Source: an uncultured Chloroflexia bacterium (lineage in GTDB: Bacteria; Chloroflexota; Limnocylindria; Limnocylindrales; CSP1-4). From it: a DNA stretch of 64,000 bases. The position numbers were made by a program, and so were the translations under genes. The notes beneath the pieces were generated by a model. It made no database searches. It had not been told where the DNA came from and saw only the letters and a program-made list of their open reading frames with translations. Position 1 is the first letter of the stretch. Every line of letters begins with the position of its first letter. The stretch covers positions 1,056,001-1,120,000 of the forward strand of contig CAVVJT010000010.1 in the NCBI GenBank assembly GCA_963748625.1, given 5' to 3'. Shown piece after piece: positions 27,656-36,800 of this stretch.

Positions 27656-28164
27656 CCGCCTTCGGCCTGCTCCATGCGCTGGTGGGGACGGGGAGGAAGG
27701 TTGAGGAGCTCCTCCGGGAAGGACTCCGCGAAGAACTTGAGGATGTCGACCTGCCGGACCACGCCCACCAGCCTGTGGTCCTCATCGACGACGGGAACGT
27801 TGCGGTAGAGGCCCTGCTGCATCAGCTCGAGGGCGTCGCGCACCGTCTGCTCGAGGCGGAGGGTGTGCGGGTTCGTGGTCATGTAGGTCTCGACCATGGC
27901 GTCCACGTCGACGCCCGCGGCCACGTCCGGGCCGACCAGGCGCCCGAAGATGTCGCGCTCGGTGAGCACGCCCAGGAGTCGGCCGTCCTCGTCCGTGACG
28001 AACACGGAGTCGCCGGTGCCGGTCTTCTGGATCGCGCGGATGCAGTCGCCGATGGACGTGCCCGGCGGCACTGCCACCGGTTGCCGCCGCCCGACGACCA
28101 TGAGGGGTTCCGATGCCAGTGCAGGGACGCGCGCAACTACGGCGCGCTCGGAAAGCTCAGCCAC
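27652..28164 (-). CDS. CBS-pair protein
   Basis: GVLTERD, YMTTNP, YRNVPVVD; TACACT 6 nt upstream of GTG. Confidence 0.85.
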   Translation of the reverse strand: MAELSERAVVARVPALASEPLMVVGRRQPVAVPPGTSIGDCIRAIQKTGTGDSVFVTDEDGRLLGVLTERDIFGRLVGPDVAAGVDVDAMVETYMTTNPHTLRLEQTVRDALELMQQGLYRNVPVVDEDHRLVGVVRQVDILKFFAESFPEELLNLPPRPHQRMEQAEGG

Positions 28165-28293
28165 GGGGAGAGTGTACGCCCGAGGGCCGGGAGCGGCGTT
28201 CCGTTGCGGACCGGTTGCGAGGGTCCATCCGGCCCTCCGGCGCCCGGCCATCCGACGTGCGCCCGAGGCCGCCGAGTGCGTACCCTCGGACTG

Positions 28294-29316
28294 GTGGATC
28301 GAGCCCGCCTGTTCGGCATCGCCCTCGTCGTCATCGCCGCCGTCGGCTACGGCTCCGGCGGGCTCTTCGCACGCCCCGCGTACGAGGCCGGCGTCAACTG
28401 GCTGACCGTGATGGTCTGGCGGTTCGGCATCGCCGTGGCACTGTCGTGGGCGCTCGTCGCGTTCCGTCCGCCCGCGCGTGCGGCGGTGCGTGCCATGGCC
28501 CCGCGGACCATGGCGGTGACGCTCGTGCTCGGCGCGATGCTCGTCCTGCAGAGCGGCACCTACTACGCAGCGCTCGAGACGGTGCCGGTGTCGCTCGCGG
28601 GGCTCCTCACGGCCATCTATCCGCCGGTGGTGGCCGTGCTGGCCGTGCGGTTCGGCATGCCGCTCGACGGGCGGCGCGCCTGGCTGGCGCTGCTGATCAC
28701 CGTCGCCGGGATGGTGCTCGCGGTGGGTGGCATCAAGACGGACGTGATGCCGCCCGTGGCGGGCCTGGTGCTTGCGATCTCCGCACCCCTGTTCTACGCG
28801 GTGTGGATCATCCTGACCGCACGCCACTCCGGCGAGACCCGCGACGGCACGGGCGCCGAGTCCCGGCGGCCGACGGACGTGCTCGCAACGGGCGCGGTCC
28901 TGCTGACGGGAACGGCGGCGACGTACCTGGTCATGGCGGTCGCGGCCGGGAACCCGTTCCTGCCGTCCCAGATCCCCGCGGACGCCTGGCAGTGGCTGCT
29001 GGGTGTTGCGGTGGTGGCCGGGTTCCTCGCGCCGCAGGCGTTCTACGCGGGAGCTCGGCGCGTGGGTGCGGCACAGGCGGCCCTGATCTCCACGGTGGAG
29101 CCGCTCTGGACAATCCTTGCCGCGGGGTTCTTCCTGGGCGAGGTGCTGACGCCGGTGCAGTGGGCCGGTGCCGGGCTGATCCTCAGTGGCGTGGTCCTGT
29201 CGCAGACGCGCGGGCGAGGCCGGTCAGCCGGGGCCAACGCCCAGCTCGTCGTGGTCCCGGCCGCCGATGACGAGCCGGTGCTGCCCCAGCCGCTGGCGCG
29301 GGTGGGAGACGACTGA
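28294..29316 (+). CDS. DMT/EamA transporter
   Basis: About 10 TMs; ISTVEPLW motif. Confidence 0.88.
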   Translation: MDRARLFGIALVVIAAVGYGSGGLFARPAYEAGVNWLTVMVWRFGIAVALSWALVAFRPPARAAVRAMAPRTMAVTLVLGAMLVLQSGTYYAALETVPVSLAGLLTAIYPPVVAVLAVRFGMPLDGRRAWLALLITVAGMVLAVGGIKTDVMPPVAGLVLAISAPLFYAVWIILTARHSGETRDGTGAESRRPTDVLATGAVLLTGTAATYLVMAVAAGNPFLPSQIPADAWQWLLGVAVVAGFLAPQAFYAGARRVGAAQAALISTVEPLWTILAAGFFLGEVLTPVQWAGAGLILSGVVLSQTRGRGRSAGANAQLVVVPAADDEPVLPQPLARVGDD

Positions 29317-29321
29317 CGGCC

Positions 29322-30335
29322 ATGCGGACCATGAGCCGCACGTACCTCTTCGGGGTCGCCCTGGTGGTCATGTCCGCCATCTCGTTCGGATCGGGCGGCC
29401 TGTTCGCGCGCCCGGCGTATGCGGCGGGGATCGACTGGCTCACGCTGATGGCGTGGCGGTTCGCGATCGCGGGAGCGCTCGCCTGGGTGCTGGTGCTCCT
29501 GAGCCCATCCGCACGACGGGACCTGCGCCGGATCCGGCGGCCTGCCGTCCTGGCGGCCATCGGGCTGGGCATCGTCTACATCGGCAACACGGCCACCTAC
29601 TACGCCGGCATCACCACGACGCCGCTGTCCCTTGCCGCGCTCATCGTCTACATCTATCCGCCGGTGGTCGCGGTGCTGGCGCTGCGCCTTGGCCGACCGC
29701 TCGAGGGACGGCGGGCATGGTCGGCGCTGGGCATCGCGGTGGCGGGCGTGGTGCTGGCCGTGGGCGGGATCGACACCACCACGATGCCGCCGATCCCCGG
29801 GCTCGTTGCGGTGATCGTCGCGCCGCTGATCTACAGCGTGTGGATCATCCTGGCCGCGCGCTACTCCGGCGAGCGGCGTGAACACACGGGAGCGGACTCG
29901 GAGGGGGCGTCCAACGCGCTGGTGGCGGGCGCGATCATGCTCAGCGCCACCGGGACCGCGTACTGGATCGCCTGCCTGGGGATCGGGCACCCGGTGCTTC
30001 CCGCGGACATCCCGGCGGACGCCTGGCCTGGGATCCTGGGCGTGGCGGTGGTCGCCGGGTTCCTCGCGACGCAGGGGTTCTACGCCGGGGCCAAGCACGT
30101 GGGCGCGGCGCAGGCATCGCTGATCTCCACCGTGGAGCCGCTGTGGACGATCGTCGCGGCGGGCGTGCTCCTCGGGGAGACGCTGACGCCGGTCCAGTGG
30201 ATCGGCGGCGGGCTGATCCTCGCGGGCGTCCTGCTGTCGCAGACCCGGTCCCGCGGGGCGCGCGGTGGTGCGGGTACCGGGCCGGACGACGAGCCCGTGC
30301 TGCCGCAGCCGGTCGTCCACTTCGCGGAGGAGTAG
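29322..30335 (+). CDS. DMT/EamA transporter (tandem paralog)
   Basis: Colinear similarity to the upstream gene, including DDEPVLPQP tail. Confidence 0.88.
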   Translation: MRTMSRTYLFGVALVVMSAISFGSGGLFARPAYAAGIDWLTLMAWRFAIAGALAWVLVLLSPSARRDLRRIRRPAVLAAIGLGIVYIGNTATYYAGITTTPLSLAALIVYIYPPVVAVLALRLGRPLEGRRAWSALGIAVAGVVLAVGGIDTTTMPPIPGLVAVIVAPLIYSVWIILAARYSGERREHTGADSEGASNALVAGAIMLSATGTAYWIACLGIGHPVLPADIPADAWPGILGVAVVAGFLATQGFYAGAKHVGAAQASLISTVEPLWTIVAAGVLLGETLTPVQWIGGGLILAGVLLSQTRSRGARGGAGTGPDDEPVLPQPVVHFAEE

Positions 30336-30610
30336 GGACGAGCCCGGCTGCAGTGCCAGCGGTCCGGCTGCGGCGTCCCGGCTGCAAGCGTCCCGGGTTC
30401 CATCCGCACAGGGATGGAACGGCGCTCTTGTCCCCGTGGGGATGATCCGGGGCCTTCGCGTGCAGGGGTCAGACCGCGAAGTCGGGGTTCAGTGCCTGAC
30501 CCACGCTCGCCGGAGGCGGATTTCAATCGCAGGGGGATTGTTGGCCGATTCAATCCCCGTGGGAATAGATCCCGGGCGGCAGCCCGTGGGGTCAGGCCGG
30601 CGCCAGCGCG

Positions 30611-31369
30611 TCAGCTCTCCTGTTCCCAGAGCGCGCGGTAGTAGCGGATCCGCTCCTCGTCGGGCTCGATCCCGTACGCCTCGAACAGCTCGTGCTGGTG
30701 GCCCTCGCCGAAGTTCCAGTCGAGGCTCAGCGACGCCACCGCGAGGTCCGCCCAGCGGTCCCCCACCCCCAGGTCGCCCAGGTCCACGTGGCCGGTCCAA
30801 CGGCCGGCATCGTCCACCAGGGTGTTCGGCGCGCACGCGTCGCCGTGGACCAGGATGGCCGTATCCAGCAACGGCGGGCGCGGACCCAGGTTCGCTGGCT
30901 CGCGCCCCACCCAGCTGTCCGTCGCCAACGCCGCCGGAACGGCATCGACGGGGACCGCATGGATCGCGCGCAGGCCGGCGGCGATTGCCGCGATGGCCTC
31001 GGGCCGCCGAGCCCGCCAGGCATCGCCCACGGCGTGCGAACCCGGAAGCGCCGCGGTGACGAGCCATTGCGCCGCCCTGTCCGAGCCGTGCTCGAGGACC
31101 CGCGGAGCCGGATGGCGCACGGCCAGCCACTCGAGCCGGACCCGCTCGCGCTCGAGGTCGATCCCGGTCCCACGCGGGTTCCACTTCACGAACCGGTCGC
31201 GCAGGCGGAAGGTCAGCCCGCCAAGGTCGTTGCGCCAGACCAGCTCGGGCGCGACGCCGTCCGCAGCCGCCAGCCGCAGGACGACGTCCGGGACCGCCTC
31301 GCTGCCCATGGTGTGGAGCGCGGCAAGGTGCGCGAACGCGTCGTCGGGCGCCGCGTGCTCGTCTGTCAC
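30611..31369 (-). CDS. Aminoglycoside phosphotransferase (APH(3')-like)
   Basis: LVHGDACAPNTLV, VDLGDLGVGDRWADLA. Confidence 0.85.
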   Translation of the reverse strand: MTDEHAAPDDAFAHLAALHTMGSEAVPDVVLRLAAADGVAPELVWRNDLGGLTFRLRDRFVKWNPRGTGIDLERERVRLEWLAVRHPAPRVLEHGSDRAAQWLVTAALPGSHAVGDAWRARRPEAIAAIAAGLRAIHAVPVDAVPAALATDSWVGREPANLGPRPPLLDTAILVHGDACAPNTLVDDAGRWTGHVDLGDLGVGDRWADLAVASLSLDWNFGEGHQHELFEAYGIEPDEERIRYYRALWEQES

Positions 31370-32181
31370 AGGGCCGCGCGCGCCGCCGCCAGCTGAGACC
31401 GGGCGCCATTGGCCACGAGCCCCAGGTCCGCCCCGATTCCCAGGAACGTGAAGCCGCGCGCGAGGTACCCGGGCACCTCGTCGGCGCCACGCACCAGCAT
31501 GCCCGGGGCCTTGCCGGCCGACCGCGCCACCGCGGCCACGTGGTCGAGCGCCTCCACGAAGCGCGGGTTCGTGAACTCGCCCGGGATCCCCATCGCGTGG
31601 GACAGGTCCGCCGGGCCCACGAACAGCACGTCGACGCCGTCGATCGAGGCGACCTCCTCGGCGATGTCGACCGCCGCCGGCGACTCCACCTGGAACACGC
31701 CCAGCACGCGTTCGTTGATGGCCGCGACGTCGGGGTGGGCCACCGTGAAATAGCCCGCACCGCGCGTCGCCTGGGCCAGTCCCCGGATCCCAACCGGCGG
31801 GTAGCGCATCCAGGACAGCGTCTCGCGGATGTCCTCCACGGACTCCAGGCGCGGGATCATCACGCCGTCGGCACCAAGGTCGAGCACCCGCCCGACCCGC
31901 ATCCGCTCCGCCGAGACCACGCGCACCAAGGCGGCGGTGTCCGTGCCCTGGATCGTCGTGAGCAGCCCCAGGACCTGCGACTCCTCGAACATGCCGTGCT
32001 CGAGGTCCACCATCAGCCAGTCGTAGCCGGCGCGGGCCATCACGTCGGTGGCGGCGATCGACCCGAGCATCACCCACAGCCCGATCGTGGGTTCACCGGC
32101 CAGCACGCGGCGCCGGAGGTCGGGGCGGGGAGGGATCGGGGCCGGGATCGGGCCAGGGGCGGAGGCGGTCGGGGTCGTCAT
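31366..32181 (-). CDS. HpcH/HpaI class II aldolase
   Basis: YDWLMVDLEHG, FVGPADLS. Confidence 0.9.
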   Translation of the reverse strand: MTTPTASAPGPIPAPIPPRPDLRRRVLAGEPTIGLWVMLGSIAATDVMARAGYDWLMVDLEHGMFEESQVLGLLTTIQGTDTAALVRVVSAERMRVGRVLDLGADGVMIPRLESVEDIRETLSWMRYPPVGIRGLAQATRGAGYFTVAHPDVAAINERVLGVFQVESPAAVDIAEEVASIDGVDVLFVGPADLSHAMGIPGEFTNPRFVEALDHVAAVARSAGKAPGMLVRGADEVPGYLARGFTFLGIGADLGLVANGARSQLAAARAAL

Positions 32182-32282
32182 GGCGCCGATGATGCCCCAG
32201 CCCGGTCCTGTCGGGAAGCCGACGCAGCAACGGGACATAGCGGACTTGCGGCCCCCGCACGGGTCGGGCATCGTGTGCCCCC

Positions 32283-32687
32283 ATGAGTGAACGGGAGGGT
32301 CGATTGGCTGGCACGGTCCTGATCGTGGACGACGAGCAGCACATCCGGCTGCTGATCGAGCAGACGCTCGAGGATCTGCTCGACGAGGGCGTCGAGCTCT
32401 ACACCGCGTCCGACGGCGAGGAGGCGCTTGCGGCCATCGAGGCGCAGCGCCCGGACCTCGTGTTCCTCGACGTCATGATGCCCAAGCGCAACGGCATCGA
32501 GGTCTGTCGGGCCGTTCGCGAGGAGCTCGGCCTCGGCTCCGACGCCGTGCACATCGTGCTGCTCACGGCGAAGGGCCAGGCCACCGATCGCGAGGCCGGC
32601 CTCGCCGCCGGCGCCAACCGCTACCTGACCAAGCCCTTCGACCCCGACGAGCTGCTGGCGCTCGCGCGCGAGGTCTTGGGCGCATGA
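32283..32687 (+). CDS. Single-domain response regulator
   Basis: IVDDE, LDVMMP, LTAK and YLTKPF motifs. Confidence 0.92.
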   Translation: MSEREGRLAGTVLIVDDEQHIRLLIEQTLEDLLDEGVELYTASDGEEALAAIEAQRPDLVFLDVMMPKRNGIEVCRAVREELGLGSDAVHIVLLTAKGQATDREAGLAAGANRYLTKPFDPDELLALAREVLGA

Positions 32688-33490
32688 GCGAGCTCGGCAG
32701 GCTCATCGTCCGCCACCGGCACGTCGGCCCGATGGTGTCCGCGCTGCTGGCCGGCGTCGATGCTGCGATCACGATCCGCGACGCGGACGGCGAGGCGATC
32801 ATCGAGCGCGGCGCGCCCGACGGCTCCCACGCCGGTGACGGCACCGCGGCCGGCGGGCGCCACGACATCACGGTTGATGGCGAGGTCCTCGGCTGGGTCG
32901 AGGGCGGCCGCCCGGCCCGCGGGGTTGCGGCGGTCCTCGCCTACGCGGCCGCGCGCGAGCGGGACAAGCGCTCGCTGGCCAACGAGGCGCTCGAGCGCTA
33001 CCGCGAGCTGTCCCTGATCTACGACCTGGCGGCGGTGATCGGCGGTCACGACGACCTTGAGCCGATCGTGGAGACCGCCGTGACCGAGCTGTCACGTCTC
33101 CCCCATGGCGCCCGGGGCTTCCTGCTCCTGGCCGATGGTGACGCACTCCGGCCGGCGCCGGGCGGGGATGGCGAGGGCGGTCCGCTGGTGGCGGCCACGG
33201 TCGGCGTGGGAATCGTGGGTGCGGTGGTCGCGTCCGGCGTGTCCGAGCTGCTCGAAGACGCGGGTGCGGACCCTCGGGCGACCGACGACGAGCGCGCCGG
33301 CGGCTCGCTGGTGGCCGTGCCGCTGCGGGCCGGCGACCGGACGATCGGCGTGCTGGGCGCCACGGCGACCGGCGGCGTGTTCCGGGCGGCCGACCTCAAG
33401 GTGGTGACGGCGATCGCCGCGCTGGCGGGTCCGGCCATCGGGCGGGCCCTGGGCATCGGGCAGGCATCGGCCGACGGAGGCGAGCACTGA
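32684..33490 (+). CDS. GAF-domain protein
   Basis: LANEALERYRELSLIY coiled coil followed by GAF (GIVGAVV..LVAVPL). Confidence 0.8.
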   Translation: MSELGRLIVRHRHVGPMVSALLAGVDAAITIRDADGEAIIERGAPDGSHAGDGTAAGGRHDITVDGEVLGWVEGGRPARGVAAVLAYAAARERDKRSLANEALERYRELSLIYDLAAVIGGHDDLEPIVETAVTELSRLPHGARGFLLLADGDALRPAPGGDGEGGPLVAATVGVGIVGAVVASGVSELLEDAGADPRATDDERAGGSLVAVPLRAGDRTIGVLGATATGGVFRAADLKVVTAIAALAGPAIGRALGIGQASADGGEH

Positions 33491-33558
33491 GCTTCCGGTC
33501 CGGCTTCTCCGCGCCCGTTCCGCGGGGCGACCGGGGCGGCACCGATCCCGCGGAGCAG

Positions 33559-34992
33559 GTGGAGCTCGCCCTGAAGCGCCGCCTGGCGGAGCTGGCGGGC
33601 ATCAACGCGATCGGCATCGTGCTGGCCAGCATCCGGGACCCGGACCGCCTGGTCGAGCGGGGCCTGGAGGAGATCGTCGGGCGCCTCGGTTTCACACACG
33701 GCCTGATGGCCCTGGTGGACCCGGAGGACGACTCGATCGGCGACTGCCGGCTGGCAGGTCCGCCGCCCGCGCCGGGCACACCCGCCCCGGGCACGCTCGA
33801 TCCCGCCGCATATGTACGCGCCCTGCGCGTGGACGGCGACGACCCGGTGGCGGCGCTCGCCCGGCTCGCCCGCGCCGAAGGCCCGCTCCACTTCCGCGAC
33901 GCGGACCGCGATCCCGACGAGGGCAACCGCCGCCTTGCGGCCATCCTGGGATCGACCGGGTTCGTGGGCACGCCGCTGGCCAACCAGGGCCGGGTGGTCG
34001 GCGTCCTGGTCGTGAACGACACGCGTGACCGGCGCCCGCTCGAACCCGCTGACGGTCCCCTGCTCTACACGGTCGGCTCGCTGTTCGCGGGCGCGCTCGG
34101 CTCAGCCCGCCTCCAGGCGGAGCTCGAGGCCCAGAACCGGGCCCTGGAGGCTCGCGTGCAGGAGCGGACCAAGGACCTGCTCGACGCGATGGTGGAAGCC
34201 CGCGAGGCACGCGAGGCGGCCGAGGACGCGAACGAGGCCAAGAGCCGGTTCTTGGCCAACGTCTCGCACGAGCTGCGCACGCCGCTGACGTCGGTGGTCG
34301 GCTTCGCCAAGCTCAACCGCAAGCGGCTCGACGAGGTCGTCTTCCCCGAAGTCCCCCGCGACAACCCCAAGGTGGACCGCGCGATCCGCCAGGTGGGCGA
34401 CAACTTGGGGATCATCGTGGCCGAGGGGGAGCGGCTGACCTCGCTGATCAACGACCTGCTCGACCTGGCCAAGATCGAGTCTGGCCGCTTCGAGTTCCAC
34501 ATGGCACCCGTCCACCTCGAGGACATCGTGGCACGCGGGGTCGCCGCAACGGCGTCGCTGTTCGAGGCGGTGGACCTGCCCCTGCGCACGGACATCGAGC
34601 CTGGCCTGCCCGCCATCACCGGCGACCTGGACCGCCTCGTGCAGGTCGTGATCAACCTGCTGTCGAACGCGGTCAAGTTCACGTCGGCAGGCGGCGTGGA
34701 CGTGATCGTCCGCCACGACGGGGAGTCGCTGCGGGTGGAGGTGCGCGACACCGGCAAGGGCATCCCCGCGACCGACCTCGAGCAGATCTTCGAGCCCTTC
34801 CGCCAGGCCTCCGACACGCTGCCCGACGGGCCCAAGGGGACGGGGCTGGGCCTGCCCATCTCGCGCCAGATCGTGCACGCGCACGGCGGGCGGATGGGCG
34901 TGGTCTCCAGGGTCGGCACAGGTTCGACCTTCTGGTTCACCGTGCCGGGCGGCGGTCCCGTGCCGGCGCCCGGGGGATCGGTCGGCGGCTGA
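33559..34992 (+). CDS. Cytoplasmic GAF sensor histidine kinase (start may lie upstream near 33487)
   Basis: SHELRTPL, NLLSNAVKFT, DTGKGI and GTGLGL boxes. Confidence 0.9.
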   Translation: MELALKRRLAELAGINAIGIVLASIRDPDRLVERGLEEIVGRLGFTHGLMALVDPEDDSIGDCRLAGPPPAPGTPAPGTLDPAAYVRALRVDGDDPVAALARLARAEGPLHFRDADRDPDEGNRRLAAILGSTGFVGTPLANQGRVVGVLVVNDTRDRRPLEPADGPLLYTVGSLFAGALGSARLQAELEAQNRALEARVQERTKDLLDAMVEAREAREAAEDANEAKSRFLANVSHELRTPLTSVVGFAKLNRKRLDEVVFPEVPRDNPKVDRAIRQVGDNLGIIVAEGERLTSLINDLLDLAKIESGRFEFHMAPVHLEDIVARGVAATASLFEAVDLPLRTDIEPGLPAITGDLDRLVQVVINLLSNAVKFTSAGGVDVIVRHDGESLRVEVRDTGKGIPATDLEQIFEPFRQASDTLPDGPKGTGLGLPISRQIVHAHGGRMGVVSRVGTGSTFWFTVPGGGPVPAPGGSVGG

Positions 34993-35166
34993 CGGCCGGA
35001 CGCACGCCGGGGCCGGCCGATCCGCGCGGCTCCGGGGTCCCGAAAGTCAGGGGGTACCAGTACCTGTGGGCCATGCCGACTGCCCGATCGCGCAGGATAC
35101 GGTCAAGGTCCTCTTCCGGGGGAAGGAGGCAGGATCAACCCGTCAGGCCATGAAGGAAGAACCCGA

Positions 35167-35262
35167 ATGGACAAGGTCAAGTACGCAGCCCAGCGCGCCA
35201 TGTTCCTCCTCGGATCCCTCGCGGCGTTCGCCATCGTGATCGATGGCGCGAAGCGCTGGTAG
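35167..35262 (+). CDS. Small hydrophobic peptide MDKVKYAAQRAMFLLGSLAAFAIVIDGAKRW
   Basis: AAGGAAG RBS; GC-biased third positions; downstream terminator; paralog at 42915..43022. Confidence 0.7.
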   Translation: MDKVKYAAQRAMFLLGSLAAFAIVIDGAKRW

Positions 35263-35311
35263 AGGTCCCGCCACACGCAAACCGCCTCCAACGTGCCCAC
35301 CGCCGAGGCCT

Positions 35312-35343
35312 GAGCCGCCGGGAACCTACCCCGGCGGCTCTTC
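35312..35343 (+). terminator. Hairpin terminator after the peptide gene
   Basis: GAGCCGCCGGG-AACCTAC-CCCGGCGGCTC-TT. Confidence 0.6.
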
Positions 35344-35432
35344 GATTCCCGGGTGGCCGGGCCGTGGCCCGAGGCGGGCCTGCTGAGCCACCCGCGCAGC
35401 ACGCGCCCGGCACTCCCGCTACCGTCTGTGGC

Positions 35433-36407
35433 GTGACCACGCCCGACCTCCAGCCGATACCGGAGCGCCCCGCGAAGACGCCGCGGCCCACCGACCCCGA
35501 GGCCATCTTCGTCGTCGGTGTCAGCCGCAGCGGCACCACCCTGATGAGCCGGGTCCTGGACCATCATCCGCGGATCGCCATCGCGCCCGAGAACCACTAC
35601 ATGCGCCACCTCCTGCCGTGGATGGGCGTGCGCCACGATGTGCGCCGGCTGGGCGACCTGCGCGATGACGCCGTCGTGGGCCGCCTGGCCACCATGCTCT
35701 CCGACGGCAGCCTCCAGAGCGGGACATGGGCCCGCGAGAACAGCCCGTTCTTCCGCTGGCTGCCCCGGAACTACACGCGCGAGCAGCTCGAGACCCGTCT
35801 GCTCGAAGGCGAGCGCACCGAGCGCGGGGTGTTCACAACGCTGCTGCGTGCCTACGCCGAGGCGCGGGGCAAGACCATCATCGGCGAGAAGACACCGGCC
35901 CACGTCGCCTGCGTGGACGAGCTGCTCGACTGGTATCCCGGCGGCAGGGTCATCCACATCATCCGCGACCCACGGGGCATCTACGTGTCCGAGCTGCGAC
36001 GCCGATCGGAGCACGCAGTGACGCTCCCATACCGGGTCATCGTCCATGTGCCACCGCTGATGCGCTGGTTCATCGTGCTCGAGGTGGCCTGGGCCTGGCG
36101 CCAGGCGGTCGGCCGCCACCGCCAGCTCGCCCGGGCCTTCCCCGACGCGTACACGCTCGTGCGCTTCGAGGATCTCGTGACCGATCCGGACACGACGATC
36201 CCGGCACTCTGCGCGCGGCTGGGCGTGGAGACCCGCCAGCGCATGCTGCGCCAGAAGGTCGTATCCAAGGGCGAGAACCTGGGCGACTCCGGCTTCGATG
36301 CCGACGCGGCGGTCCGCTGGCGCCGAACGATCGGCCTGCGCCCCAAGCGCGTGCTCCAACTGCTCCTGCGGGGCGGCCTCGAGGAGATGGGCTACCCGAA
36401 GCGCTAG
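35433..36407 (+). CDS. Sulfotransferase family protein
   Basis: GVSRSGTTL (5'-PSB), GEKTPAH, IIRDPRG and RFEDLV motifs. Confidence 0.9.
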   Translation: MTTPDLQPIPERPAKTPRPTDPEAIFVVGVSRSGTTLMSRVLDHHPRIAIAPENHYMRHLLPWMGVRHDVRRLGDLRDDAVVGRLATMLSDGSLQSGTWARENSPFFRWLPRNYTREQLETRLLEGERTERGVFTTLLRAYAEARGKTIIGEKTPAHVACVDELLDWYPGGRVIHIIRDPRGIYVSELRRRSEHAVTLPYRVIVHVPPLMRWFIVLEVAWAWRQAVGRHRQLARAFPDAYTLVRFEDLVTDPDTTIPALCARLGVETRQRMLRQKVVSKGENLGDSGFDADAAVRWRRTIGLRPKRVLQLLLRGGLEEMGYPKR

Positions 36408-36656
36408 CGTCTCGTGCCGCCAATGGCTGGCGGATACCGCTCCGTGCCCGTGCCGCTGATCGGAAGCGGCATCACGGGGCGTCGCCCACGACGGCTGCTG
36501 CCGTATGCGCACACGGCGCGCACACGGAGCGGTGACGTCGCGGGATGTGCGCCCGGTGCGCCGACCGTGCGCTCCGGCAGGGTCCCGACGGCACGACCTG
36601 CGCACCAGCCGCGCATCGAGCGCTGCCGCCGCACCGTGTGGCCGTCCGGCGCGCAG

Positions 36657-36746
36657 CCGGACGGAGACAGGACCCGGACGGAGACAGGACCCGGACGGAG
36701 ACAGGACCCGGACGGAGACAGGACCCGGACGGAGACAGGACCCGGA
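36657..36746. repeat. 17-bp tandem repeat CCGGACGGAGACAGGAC x5
   Basis: Direct reading. Confidence 0.95.
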
Positions 36747-36800
36747 GCGGCGGTCCGCGCGCCGCCAGCGACCAGCGGATCGGGACACTCGGGGGTGCGG

